Shown here in pieces: positions 12,300-24,599 of a DNA stretch of 64,000 bases. The stretch lies in the NCBI RefSeq assembly GCF_963921235.1, contig NC_086097.1, positions 7,130,001-7,194,000 of the forward strand, given 5' to 3'. A model generated the notes under the pieces. The model was not told the DNA's origin, did not search any database, and saw only the letters and a program-made list of their open reading frames with translations. Within the stretch, counting starts at the first letter, position 1. Each line of letters begins with the position of its first letter. This DNA comes from Mobula hypostoma. Its lineage: Eukaryota. A program made the position numbers and the translations under genes.

Positions 12300-13658
12300 A
12301 GGAATCAAGATAAAGAGTCTCACCTGGAGCTACATGTGGTGGCCTGGAATAGATAAACAGACTGAAGACTTAGCCAAAAGCTGTTTGGAATGCCAAAGAG
12401 TTCAAAATGCACCCCCACAGGCACCATTACACCCGTGGGAATGGCCATCATCAACATGGCAAAGAGGACATATTGACTTTGCTGGGCTGTTCATGGACTC
12501 CATGTTTCTTATTGGTGTGGATGCTCATTCGAAATGGCCAGAGGTTATACCAATAAAGTCAACCACCTCAGCAAAGACTTTCTCCTCTCTGAGGGCTATC
12601 TTCGCCAGAAATGGCTTACCAGAACAAATGTGAGTAACAATGGACCACAATACACGTCAGAAGAATTGCATCTGTTCATGAAGAAGAGTGGAATCAGACA
12701 TGTCAAATCAACTCCTCACACCCAGTAACGAGTGGGTTAGCTGAAAATTTTATCCAAACCAAGAAGTCCACTGAAGCGATGGACAAGGAGGACTTTTCTC
12801 TACAGCACAAGGTGCACAACTTCCTTTTTTGTGTATCAGAACTCTGTTCATGCAAGAACAAATTGAACACCTGCAATACTGTTCATGAACTGGAATCTGG
12901 AATCATGCATAGACCTCCTGAAAGCAGATCTACGGAGAGAAGTACACAATCAGCAGTTCAACCAGTTGCCAAGTGAAGCAGCAAGGACCTTCTAGATTGG
13001 ATTGGAAGTCGTAACATGTGATTACTGAGAAGACAAGTGGACACCTGGTAGGATAGCTACAAGAACTGGACCACTAATGTAAACAATAGATGTTGGAGAT
13101 CTTACATGGAGACATCATGTGGACCAGGTACTGGATGCTCAACTGAAGAACAGACCTGAGTCAAATACATCCAACAAGATGAACACATTACAGTCACTGA
13201 ACTTATCTCTCAGTGATGATGCCACTGACAGCAACATGACACTGGAAACGAGAATTAGACAAGACACCCAGCAAACCTGATGTCACTCCACAGGTCCTGA
13301 GGCACTATCCTGAAAGAAACAGAACGTCACCCAAAAGACTGAACCTTTAGAAATATGAAGTTAGTTATGGACTGTATTGTGCAAGCATGTTTATTTGGAA
13401 TATAGGTTTATGAAAGGGGAATTGGATGTTTTGTACATACAGAGTTTTATGTTGCATTATTCTGAAGGGAGAGGAAGTGTGATGTGTGGATCTATTTCTT
13501 TTACAGCAATGACCCCCCCCCTTAGCACTAAACATTGATCTGTTGTCCACACATGCACATTGCTGTCTCTCTGACTGCAATGTGAATACACCAGTTAAAG
13601 CCATGTCCCGCATGTGTGCTTTTATTTAATTGATATGTAGTTGTGCACAGACACAACA
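12300..13658 (+). mobile_element. Gypsy (Metaviridae) LTR retrotransposon 3' remnant: integrase, PPT and 3' LTR
   Basis: ORF 12265..12633 contains WWPGIDK..C..CQ, W.R.HIDFAG and VDAHSKWPEV. The PPT GAAGGGAGAGGAAG (13464-13477) is followed by a TG...CA LTR at 13478-13658. Confidence 0.85.
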
Positions 13659-14067
13659 GTATATTGTATACCACCTGAAATTCTTACTCTCTGCAGATAT
13701 TCCTGAAATAAAAAAACAAAAAATGAATGACAGAAACGTTAGAACTCCATAGGCCCCTCCCTGCTCAAGCAGCAGCCAAAGCATCAACCCTCCCCCCACT
13801 TGCTCCAGCAAAAGCCCGACCCCAATCCCCCTCCAACGTGCAAGCAGTGGCAAAGCCCCCAGAGGGACCATGATCCAGAGTCCATCCCAACACTTTGACA
13901 TCGCAGGCAGGCTGTCTCCCACTAGCGAGGGAGAGAGAGAGATATCACTCCTGCAACAAGTGAGAGTGGGAGACCAGCAGCTTGCAGTTTTGATGTTACA
14001 ATCTGCCATGTCGCTTGGTTTGAGTCCCCTGACTTGAGGACCGACAGAGTCTGATTCACCATCCAGC

Positions 14068-14183
14068 AAGAGAGAAGAGAGAGAGAAGAGAGAGAGGAGA
14101 GAGGAGAGAGGAGAGAGGAGAAAGGAGAGAGGGGAGAGAGAGAGGGGAGAGAGAGGGAGAGAGAGAGAAAGAAAGAAAGAGAG
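14068..14183 (+). repeat. Purine-only (GA)n-type microsatellite
   Basis: Only A/G over about 115 bp. Confidence 0.9.
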
Positions 14184-15770
14184 ATATCACTCAAGTGCGG
14201 CGGGTGGGCATCCGACAGTGCACACCACCACAGTGACAGTGAGAATGTGCAAACTCCTTCCAGACAGCGGCAGGAGTCGAACAGCTGGTGTTCTATAGAT
14301 TTGCACTAACCGCTATGCTACTATGGCATCCGCCAAGGAATTGTTTGCATTAAGTGAGCTTTCACACTGTATCTCAACTTAAAATATCACTTAAAACCAG
14401 GCATCTACATCAAATCAAATTCAGGTTTAATTATCATTCAACCATACATGAACACAGCCCAACAAAATTGCATTCCTCTGGGTCCAAAGTGCATGACATA
14501 CACAGAGCATTAAAGACAGTGAGCAAAAAGAAAATAGTCATGCAAAAAAATACTTATAGCGCAAGTCCCTAAGTGAAATGTTTTGCAAATTGATGGGGAA
14601 GTTCCCGGCAGTCCACAGATGAACACACGCATGCAATCAAAATTTTCATTCCACCAATCAGACACTAGGGGGGAGCTCCAATGGGAGAGGCCAGCCCCCA
14701 ACCAAACATGGATGCCATGCTACACTGCCTCTGATGTCTCCTCATCCAGACTACAGCAACAGGCAAACTTGTGGCTTCAGGCCTAATCCTCACTGCAACC
14801 AAAGCCACACAGCTTCCCTGCCATCTTGTGCACCACCAAACAAGGGAGACAGGCCTGCAGCATCTTACCTTATCAATGCCCCGCAGGGTCTTATGATTCT
14901 AAGAGAAACGGCCAAGACAATTAACCATGGTTACTCTGTATGCCACCTTAGGTGACTTCCGGAAGCAGGCAGCAACATGGTCTGCATCAAGTGCAGCTCG
15001 TCTGCCAACAAGATGTCTACTGATGGGGTAGACCTGCAGCACCCTAAGTACTTGGAATCTAGCAGTGTCTTGCAATCATAAAAAGGACATTCAAAAAAGA
15101 AAACACACCTTTGGTTGGCTCCCGAGAGGTCACTGCAGCCAAAAGTGCCGACATCCTACTGCATCAGTGAATCACTGAGATTCTACCCTTAAGTTTCTGG
15201 AATTAAACTTAACCTACATGCAGGAGTATGAATGGGGCCTCTGATTCATGGCTGACCACAACATTCTTCCATTTATTTACTCCTGATTTCAATACTCTGG
15301 AAGAGAGGGCAGAATGTAAGTACACAGTTCACCATTGACAAGAAAATAGGTGGGATGGCCCATAATGAAGCTGTTAGGACCTAGACAGGATACAGATGAT
15401 TGAGTATGTGGGTGTAAACTCTATAAATTGAGTTTAATGAGGGAAGAGCATGGTTATGCACTTTAGGAAGAATATAAAAACAGGCGGTTATCTAAATGGA
15501 TAGTGATTACACGTGAGCAAAGACAGAGGAATTTAGAAGCTTTTGTGAGCAAGAAACAAATAGTGGGTAGGTGTATCATGTGGTAGGGAGACAAATTGCT
15601 TTTTGGCCTTTATTATGAGGGTTGGGGTTCAGAGATGGAGTAGTAATGTTTCAATCTATAGAGTAGTGATGAGGCAACAGCTGGAGTACTGTACACAATT
15701 TGCTTAAGCAAGGGTATACTGACATTGTTGGCATTTCAAAATAAATTCACCAGCATGAAAAGGTAGTCCT

Positions 15771-16188
15771 ATAATTTAGAAGATTGAGGGGGGATCTGAT
15801 TGAAACGTATAAGATCCTAAAGGGATTGGACAGGCTAGATGCAGGAAGATTGTTCCCGATGTTGGGGAAGTTCAGAACGAGGGGCCACAGTTTGAGGATA
15901 AAGGGGAAGCCTTTTAGGACCGAGATTAGGAAAAACTTCTTCACACAGAGAGTGGTGAATCTGTGGAATTCTCTGCCACAGGAAACAGTTGAGGCCAGTT
16001 CATTGGCTATATTTAAGAGGGAGTTAGATATGGCCCTTGTAGCTACGGGGGTCAGTGGGTATGGAGGGAAGGCTGGGGCGGGGTTCTGATTTGGAGGATC
16101 AGCCATGATCATAATAAATGGCGGTGCAGGCTCGAAGGGCCAAATGGCCTACTCCTGCACCTATTTTCTATGTTTCTATGTTTCTATG
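15771..16188 (+). mobile_element. Young CR1 3' fragment, same subfamily as 17664-20762
   Basis: Nearly identical to 20356-20762; (TTTCTATG)n tail; the ORF ends ...GYGGKAG. Confidence 0.92.
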
Positions 16189-16189
16189 A

Positions 16190-16475
16190 TCTGCAGATGC
16201 TGGAAATCCAAAGCAGCACACAAAATACTGGAGGAACTCAGCAAGTCGAGCAGCATCTGTGGAAAAGGGTAATCAGTTGAAGTTTTGGGCCGAGACTCTG
16301 CATCGAGACTGGGAAAGAAGGGGAGAAGTCTGAGTAAGAAGGTGGGGGGAGGGGAGGAAGAAGTACAAGGTGGCAGGTGATAGGTGAAACCAAGAGAGGG
16401 GAAGGAGTGAAGTAAAGACCTGGGAAGTTGATTGATTAAAGAGATAAAGGGCTGGAGAAGGGGGAATCTGATCAA
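16190..16475 (-). mobile_element. Penelope-like pLTR fragment
   Basis: CTGCAGATGCTGGAAATCC...GGAGGAACTCAGC block, degenerate hammerhead and purine-rich segment shared with other copies. Confidence 0.72.
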
Positions 16476-17662
16476 AAAGGGCAGACTCCTTGGAGTTTAG
16501 TGGAATGAGGAATGATAATATTGAAACAGAAAAGGAGGCATGTTAGAGTAGATGTAAAGAGGTTTACATCAGTGCGAGCATCCCAATCTCAAACAAGGGA
16601 AGATAGTTACAAGTGGAAGGGATGAGCATTAAATACTGAGAAGCACAGGGATTTCCTTTAGGGGATGGTGACCCTCTACAACTCTCTACTTTGAAACGTT
16701 ATAGAAACTGGATCTCCCCTGGTGCGCGTTCGTAAGACTGGACTCAAGTGTGGATGAACAGCAGGCTCTCTCCCTGTTATGACAGTCACTGGCACGGCTC
16801 AACACTGAGAGCGGCAGATGGCAAGCTCTCGACTTGACCCAGGAGTGCTGGACGGCAGAATCCTCATGAAGAGACTTCAGGCAAGAGGTTAGGCATAGGA
16901 ACACCAAGACAGTCTCGGAGGGATGACGGAGCAACATCACAAGACCAATCATTCTCTATAACACAGTAGGACTCTACTAAAGAGGTAACTAGAGACCCCT
17001 TTAAATAATCATAGAATACAGGAAACCCATACCAGTCACAATTAACTTGATAAGATTAAACCGACAGCACAAGGGCTTAATGGCTCTCGTTATGATAACA
17101 GTTAGTAAATACAGGTGTTCGAGAAACCTGGAAGCCCAATGCTCTACAGCTCGCTGCATAGGCCCACAGGCTCATGACAGGATCACTGGAAGTATTTAAA
17201 GAAAAGGAAGATCAATATTTAATGATCACTGTAATCTCTATCTTAACTTTATCCACGTCCTTTGAATCCCTATTATCACCTGGCAAAAACCTATCCACTA
17301 TTCTACAAGAGATAAGATGTGCTGGAACGTGGGACAACACACTGGAAGAGTTCAGCAGGTCAGGCAGCATCTCTGGTCAGTATGCAGTTTGCATGAAGGG
17401 TCTCAGCCTGAAGTGCCTAACCTGCTTGCTGAGCCCCTCCAGTGTTTTGTGTGTTACGATTCTTTGGCTTGACTTCAATTGCCTTCTGAAGGAGAATTCC
17501 AGAACCTCAGTCTCCTTTGTCCAACATTACTGACTGAATGACATCTCAAATCTAATTCTACATTCCTGTTTTATGAGGTGGAAATGAGCAAGGCCAACAG
17601 GGCTTGGGTGAAGCTTTATTGGCTGATCCCCTGTACGGTGGATACAATGGATTGCAGAAACA

Positions 17663-20600
17663 TTGACATTGGGTGGGAATCAAATTAAAGAGGCTAGGTG
17701 TGAGGAGGTTAGTTCACAACAGAGGGATGGGAACCAGTGCAGAGAGACAGAGGGGTGTAAAGTGAGCGTAGAAGCAAAAAGTACAAAGGGGAAAAGTAAA
17801 AGTGGCAGGCCGACAAATCCAGGGCAAGCATTAAAAAGGGCTAAGAGAGTTGTAAAAGAGCGCCTGAAGGCTTTATGTGTCAATGCAAGGAGCATTCGTA
17901 ATAAGGTGGATGAATTGAAAGTGCAGATTGTTATTAATGATTATGATATAGTTGGGATCACAGAGACATGGCTCCAGGGTGACCAGGGATGGGAGCTCAA
18001 CATTCAGGGATATTCAATATTCAGGAGGGATAGACATGAAGGAAGGGGAGGTGGGGTGGCGTTGCTGGTTAAAGAAGAGATTAACGCAATAGAAAGGAAG
18101 GACATAAGCCGGGAAGATGTGGAATCGATATGTGTAGAGCTGCGTAACACTAAGGGGCAGAAGACGCTGGTGGGAGTTGTGTACAGGCCACCTAACAGTA
18201 GTAGTGAGGTCGGAGATGGTATTAAACAGGAAATTAGAAATGTGTGCAATAAAGGAACAGCAGTTATAATGGGTGACTTCAATCTACATGTAGACTGGGT
18301 GAACCAAATTGGTAAAGGTGCTGAGGAAGAGGATTTCTTGGAATGTATGCGGGATGGTTTTTTGAACCAACATGTCGAGGAACCGACTAGAGAGCAGGCT
18401 ATTCTGGACTGGGTTTTGAGCAATGAGGAAGGGTTAATTAGCGATCTTGTCGTGAGAGGCCCCTTGGGTAAGAGTGACCATAATATGGTGGAATTCTTCA
18501 TTAACATGGAGAGTGACATAGTTAATTCAGAAACAAAGGTTCTGAACTTAAAGAGGGGTAACTTTGAAGGTATGAGTCGTGAATTAGCTAAGATAGACTG
18601 GCAAATGACACTTAAAGGATTGACGGTGGATATGCAATGGCAGGCATTTAAAGGTTGCATGGATGAACTACAACAATTGTTCATCCCAGTTTGGCAAAAG
18701 AATAAATCAAGGAAGGTAGTGCACCCGTGGCTGACAAGAGAAATTAGGGATAGTATCAATTCCAAAGAAGTAGCATACAAATTAGCCAGAGAAAGTGGCT
18801 CACCTGAGGACTGGGAGAAATTCAGAGTTCAGCAGAGGAGGACAAAGGGCTTAATTAGGAAGGGGAAAAAAGATTATGAGAGAAAACTGGCAGAGAACAT
18901 AAAAATGGACTGTAAAAGCTTTTATAGATATGTAAAAAGGAAAAGACTGATAAAGACAAATGTAGGTCCCCTGCAGACAGAAACAGGTGAATTGATTATG
19001 GGGAGCAAGGACATGGCAGACCAATTGAATAATTACTTTGGTTCTGTCTTCACTAAGGAGGACATAAATAATCTTCCAGAAATAGTAAGGGACAGAGGGT
19101 CCAGTGAGATGGAGGAACTGAGTGAAATACATGTTAGTAGGGAAGTGGTGTTAGGTAAATTGAAGGGATTGAAGGCAGATAAATCCCCAGGGCCAGATGG
19201 TCTGCATCCTAGAGTGCTTAAGGAAGTAGCCCAAGAAATAGTGGATGCATTAGTGATAATTTTTCAAAACTCGTTAGATTCTGGACTAGTTCCTGAGGAT
19301 TGGAGGGTGGCTAATGTAACCCCACTTTTTAAAAAAGGAGGGAGAGAGAAACCGGGGAATTATAGGCCGGTTAGCCTAACGTCGGTGGTGGGGAAACTGC
19401 TGGAGTCAGTTATCAAGGATGTGATAACAGCACATTTGGAAAGCGGTGAAATGATCGGACAAAGTCAGCATGGATTTGTGAAAGGAAAATCATGTCTGAC
19501 GAATCTCATAGAATTTTTTGAGGATGTAACTAGTAGAGTGGATAGGGGAGAACCAGTGGATGTGGTATATTTGGATTTTCAAAAGGCTTTTGACAAGGTC
19601 CCACGCAGGAGATTAGTGTGCAAACTTAAAGCACACGGTATTGGGGGTAAGGTATTGGTGTGGGTGGAGAATTGGTTAGCAGACAGGAAGCAAAGAGTGG
19701 GAATAAACGGGACCTTTTCAGAATGGCAGGCGGTGACTAGTGGGGTACCGCAAGGCTCAGTGCTGGGACCCCAGTTGTTTACAATATATATTAATGACTT
19801 GGATGAGGGAATTAAATGCAGCATCTCCAAGTTTGCGGATGACACGAAGCTGGGTGGCAGTGTTAGCAGTGAGGAGGATGCTAAGAGGATGCAGGGTGAC
19901 TTGGATAGGTTGGGTGAGTGGGCAAACTCATGGCAGATGCAATTTAATGTGGATAAATGTGAAGTTGTCCACTTTGGTGGCAAAAATAGGAAAACAGATT
20001 ATTATCTGAATGGTGGCCAATTAGGAAAAGGGGAGGTGCAACGAGACCTGGGTGTCATTATACACCAGTCATTGAAAGTGGGCATGCAGGTACAGCAGGC
20101 GGTGAAAAAGGCGAACGGTATGCTGGCATTTATAGCGAGAGGATTTGAGTACAGGAGCAGGGAGGTACTACTGCAGTTGTACAAGGCCTTGGTGAGACCA
20201 CACCTGGAGTATTGTGTGCAGTTTTGGTCCCCTAATCTGAGGAAAGACATCTTTGCCATAGAGGGAGTACAAAGAAGGTTCACCAGATTGATTCCTGGGA
20301 TGGCAGGTCTTTCATATGAAGAAAGACTGGATGAACTGGGCTTGTACTCGTTGGAATTTAGAAGATTGAGGGGGGATCTGATTGAAACGTATAAGATCCT
20401 AAAGGGATTGGACAGGCTAGATGCGGGAAGATTGTTCCCGATTTTGGGGAGGTCCAGAACGAGGGGTCACAGTTTGAGGATAGAGGGGAAGCCTTTTAGG
20501 ACCGAGATTAGGAAAAACTTCTTCACACAGAGAGTGGTGAATCTGTGGAATTCTCTGCCACAGCAAACTGTTGAGGCCGGTTCATTGGCTGTGTTTAAGA

Positions 20601-20665
20601 GGAAGTTAGATATGGCCCTTGTGGCTACAGGGGTCAGGGGGTATGGAGGGAAGGCTGGGTTCTGA
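17663..20665 (+). CDS. CR1 ORF2p: APE endonuclease + reverse transcriptase (about 1000 open codons; the tracked start is TTG, not ATG)
   Basis: APE motifs NARS, GITETW, VYRPP, MGDFN and SDH. RT motifs NYRPVSLTS, YLDFQKAFDKV, GVPQGSVLGP, KFADD and DLGV. Confidence 0.93.
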   Translation: MTLGGNQIKEARCEEVSSQQRDGNQCRETEGCKVSVEAKSTKGKSKSGRPTNPGQALKRAKRVVKERLKALCVNARSIRNKVDELKVQIVINDYDIVGITETWLQGDQGWELNIQGYSIFRRDRHEGRGGGVALLVKEEINAIERKDISREDVESICVELRNTKGQKTLVGVVYRPPNSSSEVGDGIKQEIRNVCNKGTAVIMGDFNLHVDWVNQIGKGAEEEDFLECMRDGFLNQHVEEPTREQAILDWVLSNEEGLISDLVVRGPLGKSDHNMVEFFINMESDIVNSETKVLNLKRGNFEGMSRELAKIDWQMTLKGLTVDMQWQAFKGCMDELQQLFIPVWQKNKSRKVVHPWLTREIRDSINSKEVAYKLARESGSPEDWEKFRVQQRRTKGLIRKGKKDYERKLAENIKMDCKSFYRYVKRKRLIKTNVGPLQTETGELIMGSKDMADQLNNYFGSVFTKEDINNLPEIVRDRGSSEMEELSEIHVSREVVLGKLKGLKADKSPGPDGLHPRVLKEVAQEIVDALVIIFQNSLDSGLVPEDWRVANVTPLFKKGGREKPGNYRPVSLTSVVGKLLESVIKDVITAHLESGEMIGQSQHGFVKGKSCLTNLIEFFEDVTSRVDRGEPVDVVYLDFQKAFDKVPRRRLVCKLKAHGIGGKVLVWVENWLADRKQRVGINGTFSEWQAVTSGVPQGSVLGPQLFTIYINDLDEGIKCSISKFADDTKLGGSVSSEEDAKRMQGDLDRLGEWANSWQMQFNVDKCEVVHFGGKNRKTDYYLNGGQLGKGEVQRDLGVIIHQSLKVGMQVQQAVKKANGMLAFIARGFEYRSREVLLQLYKALVRPHLEYCVQFWSPNLRKDIFAIEGVQRRFTRLIPGMAGLSYEERLDELGLYSLEFRRLRGDLIETYKILKGLDRLDAGRLFPILGRSRTRGHSLRIEGKPFRTEIRKNFFTQRVVNLWNSLPQQTVEAGSLAVFKRKLDMALVATGVRGYGGKAGF

Positions 20666-20762
20666 GTTGGATGATCAGCCATGATCATAATAAATGGCGG
20701 TGCAGGCTCGAAGGGCCGAATGGCCTACTCCTGCACCTATTTTCTATGTTTCTATGTTTCTA
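17664..20762 (+). mobile_element. Young 5'-truncated CR1 LINE (ORF2 + 3' UTR, no ORF1)
   Basis: Uninterrupted ORF2 frame, (TTTCTATG)n tail at 20741-20762, candidate TSD AAACAT (17658-17663 and 20763-20768). Confidence 0.95.
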
Positions 20763-21489
20763 AAACATCATTCGCCTATGCTCTACTGGGAGCTGAGGGC
20801 CCACAAAGTAGTCAAATCAAGTCAAGTTTATTGTTATTTAACTATATACATGTACTGTATACCATCAAATGAGACAACGTTTCTCCGAACCAGAGTATAA
20901 ACCACAGTGGTACACATAACACACAATAACTTCAGAAAGTAGGGACAAAACATACAGATGAATTTCACATAAACAAAGTGCAAAAATTCAATATTGTCAG
21001 GTACAGAACAGATTAACCTGTGACACTGGCAAGCATGACCAAAGTAGTGAATCTCTCAAAATAATTTCTCCTAGCACCACTATTTTATAAGGATCACAAT
21101 TCTGTTGAAGACGGACTGAATGGTAAAACTCTAAATTCACTTTCTCATCTTGTGATGACTTTATTAGAGGAGATAGTTTCTCATCCTACTCAATCTTTCA
21201 AATCTTTTCAACATCCCTATTACTCCATTAGATGCTCAACTCTTTATAAGTTCTTTCTCTGTAGTTTAACAAACAGAAAGTGCATTTCACTGAAAAAAAC
21301 GATGATAATGATAGCCAGGAATTCTTTCCCAAAAGTCGACCAGTTTATTTACATTGTCTGTTACGACTCATTATATCATTCCTGTTCTCCAGCTGAAAAC
21401 ACAGCCAAATTTTCTACACTGATTTTATTTACTAAATAAGCAGCCCATCACGGCATTTTAGGTGGGAAAGAAAAACTGGTCATTACTTG

Positions 21490-22050
21490 CAACACACACA
21501 AAATGCTGGAGGAACTCGGCAGGCCAGGCCACATCTATCAAAATTAATAAACTGTTGACGCTTTGGGCCGAGACATTTCTTCAGGACTGAGAGGAATGGC
21601 GGTAGGTGGCTGAATAAAGAGCTGGGGGGAGGGAAAAATGGCTAGTTGGTAAGTGATTGGTGAAGCCAGGTGGATTAAAGAAGAAAGGGTAGGAGGAGGG
21701 GACCCAGGGGGAAGTATTGGCAGGTGAGAAGAAGTTATAGTTCAGAGTGGGGAACAGAGGAAGAGCGGGGCGTGGGGGGTGGGGATGGAATTTGTTCACT
21801 GGAAGGAGAAATTGATATTCATGCCATTAGGTTGGAGGTTACACAGACGGAAAATAAGGTGTCACTCCTCCACCCTGAGAGTGGCCTCATCTTGGCACAA
21901 GAGGAAGCCATGGTTCGACACATTGGACTGTGAATAGGAATCAGAATTAAAATGTTTCGCCACTGGAAAGTTCTGCTTGTCGTGGATGCTGTGGAGGTGC
22001 TTGACGAAGCAGTCTCCCAATTTGCTTGGTCATTATTTGACTAAGGAGGC
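21490..22050 (-). mobile_element. Penelope-like 3' fragment (GIY-YIG C-terminus + pLTR)
   Basis: Reverse complement homologous to 35830-36440; degenerate hammerhead at 21552-21590. Confidence 0.75.
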
Positions 22051-23169
22051 TTGCTTTTACAGCTGTGAATTGCCACTGCAAGTGCTGATATGCAAAAAGA
22101 GATGTTTCAGAGGTTCTTGACAGAAAGCAGCCCACCTTACCTGATATAATCAATGTCTGTCATACATCAAGAAAACGATGCAATACGCTAGCAAGAAAAA
22201 CTTATGTAGCTTAAAACTAAAATTGATTTTTGACAAATGCAGTGTTGAAAACTCAATATAAAAGCTGGATTGTATTTTTAAATCAGTTGATCTTTGTCAC
22301 AAAATTGTGATCCTTATGAAGTATTGGTGCTAGGAGAAATTATTTTGTGTGATTCACTATCTTGGTCACATTTGCCAGTGGAAAACTGGTCCCAATACTC
22401 AGCTGAATTTTTGCAGATCTGTGACCTTGAAAATGGTTTCTGTCAAGTTTCTTGGTAAAATATTGAGATTGGTTTGTCTTTTGCTCATTGGTTGTTTGTC
22501 CATTTTCATTTGGGTCTACTTTTTCATTAACTCTATTGTGTTTCTTTGTATCTACTGAGAATGCCAGCAAGAAAATGAATTTCAGGGCAGTATATGGTGA
22601 CATTTACGTAGTTTGATAATGAAATTGCTTTGAACTTTGAACTTAACTTCAAACAAAAACAATGGCAAAGGCATGTGAGGTTTTCCCAGATTAATTCCTT
22701 GTCTTGATTTGTACACACATATTTCTATCTACGCCTGACATAACAGAGACCCCACAATCCCGGCTGTGCTCTCTTCTCATTGCTGCCATCAAGAAGGAGG
22801 TAAGGGAGCCTCAAGTTCCATATTACCGGTTTCAGGAATAGTTGCTACCCCTCAACTATCAAGCTCTTGAAGCAGAGGAGATAACTTCACTCTACTTCAC
22901 TTGCCCCATCGCTGAATTGATTCCGCAACTGATGGACTCACTTTTAAAGACTTTACAACTACCTTTCTCAATATTTTTTTGCTTATTTATTTATTTATTA
23001 TAATGATTATTATTATTTTCCTTTTTTATATTTGCAAAGGTTGTTGTCTTTTGCACTTTGGTTGTTTGTCTGTCTCTGATGTTCAAAGGTTCATTCATTA
23101 TCAAAATAATCAACTCTGAAATTCTTTTCCGAGTAGCAATGAAACCAAGAAAAGAAAGGCAGCACAATC

Positions 23170-23412
23170 ATCAACCCCTAATTTCCCTGTCCCTGTACAA
23201 AAAATTGGAACAGGCACATCAAATCTCAAATCCCTCCTCCCATGCAAAAACAAACAAAATGGAACAGGTACATTGACCCCCAAACCTCTCCTCCTGCACA
23301 AAAAAAAAACAAAATGGAACAGGTACATCAAACCTCAAATCCCTCCTCCCGCACAACAAATGAACAAAATGGAACAGGCACAATGATCCCCAAGTCTCTC
23401 CTCCTGCACAAA
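23170..23412 (+). repeat. Minisatellite with about 55-bp units in an alternating A/B arrangement
   Basis: TGGAACAGG recurs at 23206, 23260, 23315 and 23370. Confidence 0.85.
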
Positions 23413-24599
23413 GAAAGGAGAAAGATCACGTGAAAAACACAGAATATAACAAAACTATAAGAATGAGAAAAAATGTCTATTTTCCTGGTCTAAGTCCACA
23501 CCCAAAATGCAGAAAACCTGTGCAGAATTCTCCAGACACAGCGGCAGGCACTCCCCTCTCTGGTAGCAAAGCGATCAAAAGGCAGGCAGCCAGCGCTCAC
23601 CTTCCACATTTCCCTCAACGTTTCATTCTCCCTTGTTGCTTTGATAGGCGCACAATGGCAGCTTTATTTGGCAAAATGGAGTCAAACATTGGTTTGCACC
23701 CCATCCAGCAGCACATCCACCATGAAGTTCGTGCATGATGCCTCTGTCTCCCAGAATCCTCTTCAAGACTGCAGAGAGCTGATACACCCAAACGATCTCC
23801 AAACTAAGGCATTCAGCTCAAAGGTTCAATCTCCCTCATCGCTTTAATCGGCGAACAATGGAAGTTTTAATCTGCAAAATGGAGTCAAACATCGATTCGT
23901 GCCCGTCCCGCAGCCTGCCCGCCATGAGGTTCATGCAAGCTGTCTCTGCCTTCTGGAATCCTCTTGGAGACTGCAGAGTGCTATGGTTTGTATGTGCTTT
24001 CGATGATTCTATTGTGGCTTTTTGGGTTTACTGTCAATGTCCACAAGAAAATGAATCTCAGTGCAATATTATAGTGGCATATACGTGACTGATAATAAAT
24101 TCACTTTGAACTCTGGTTCTTAAAATAGAGTGTTGGTTCTTGTGTAACAAGAAATAAGCCTTTTGTTTAAATTGAAATGAATTTTTTTGCTTCTTCCTTA
24201 CAGATGTTCAATAATCTTATTTTGGTTTGATTGTGATAAAATAAATTATTTTGTGATTGTCATATTTAATTATTTATGAAAGGAAACTCATACTTAACAA
24301 ATCTACTGGAATTTTGTTGATGACCTAACAACCTCAATAAAGGGGGAGATGGTGGATACCATGTAAGGCTCCACATTGGAGATTGGCACGCAGAATTACT
24401 TCACGTGGGATTGTGGGTAAAGCTCTGATATACAGTCAGAATTGGTTCATTGACAGGAAACAAGGAGGAGGTCTTTCCTGAGAGGTAGGCAGTAATGGTC
24501 TCAGCTGTTTACTTAGCTATTTTAATGATTTGAATGAGGAAATTAAAAGTAAAATCTCCAAGCTTTTACAAGATGCAAACTGTGCAGGAAGGTTGTGTT

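Noticed and set aside
18004..20688. Minus-strand ORFs up to 258 aa
   Set aside because: Antisense shadows of CR1 ORF2.
21065..21439. About 125-codon open frame on the plus strand in unique DNA
   Set aside because: No recognisable domain or donor site; compatible with chance.
22135..22200. Strong minus-strand donor CAG|GTAAGG with an upstream acceptor (47-nt exon)
   Set aside because: All three frames contain stops; no other support.
23170..23412. CRISPR-like repeat-spacer array
   Set aside because: The 'spacers' are homologous to each other, the context is eukaryotic and no cas genes are present; it is a minisatellite.
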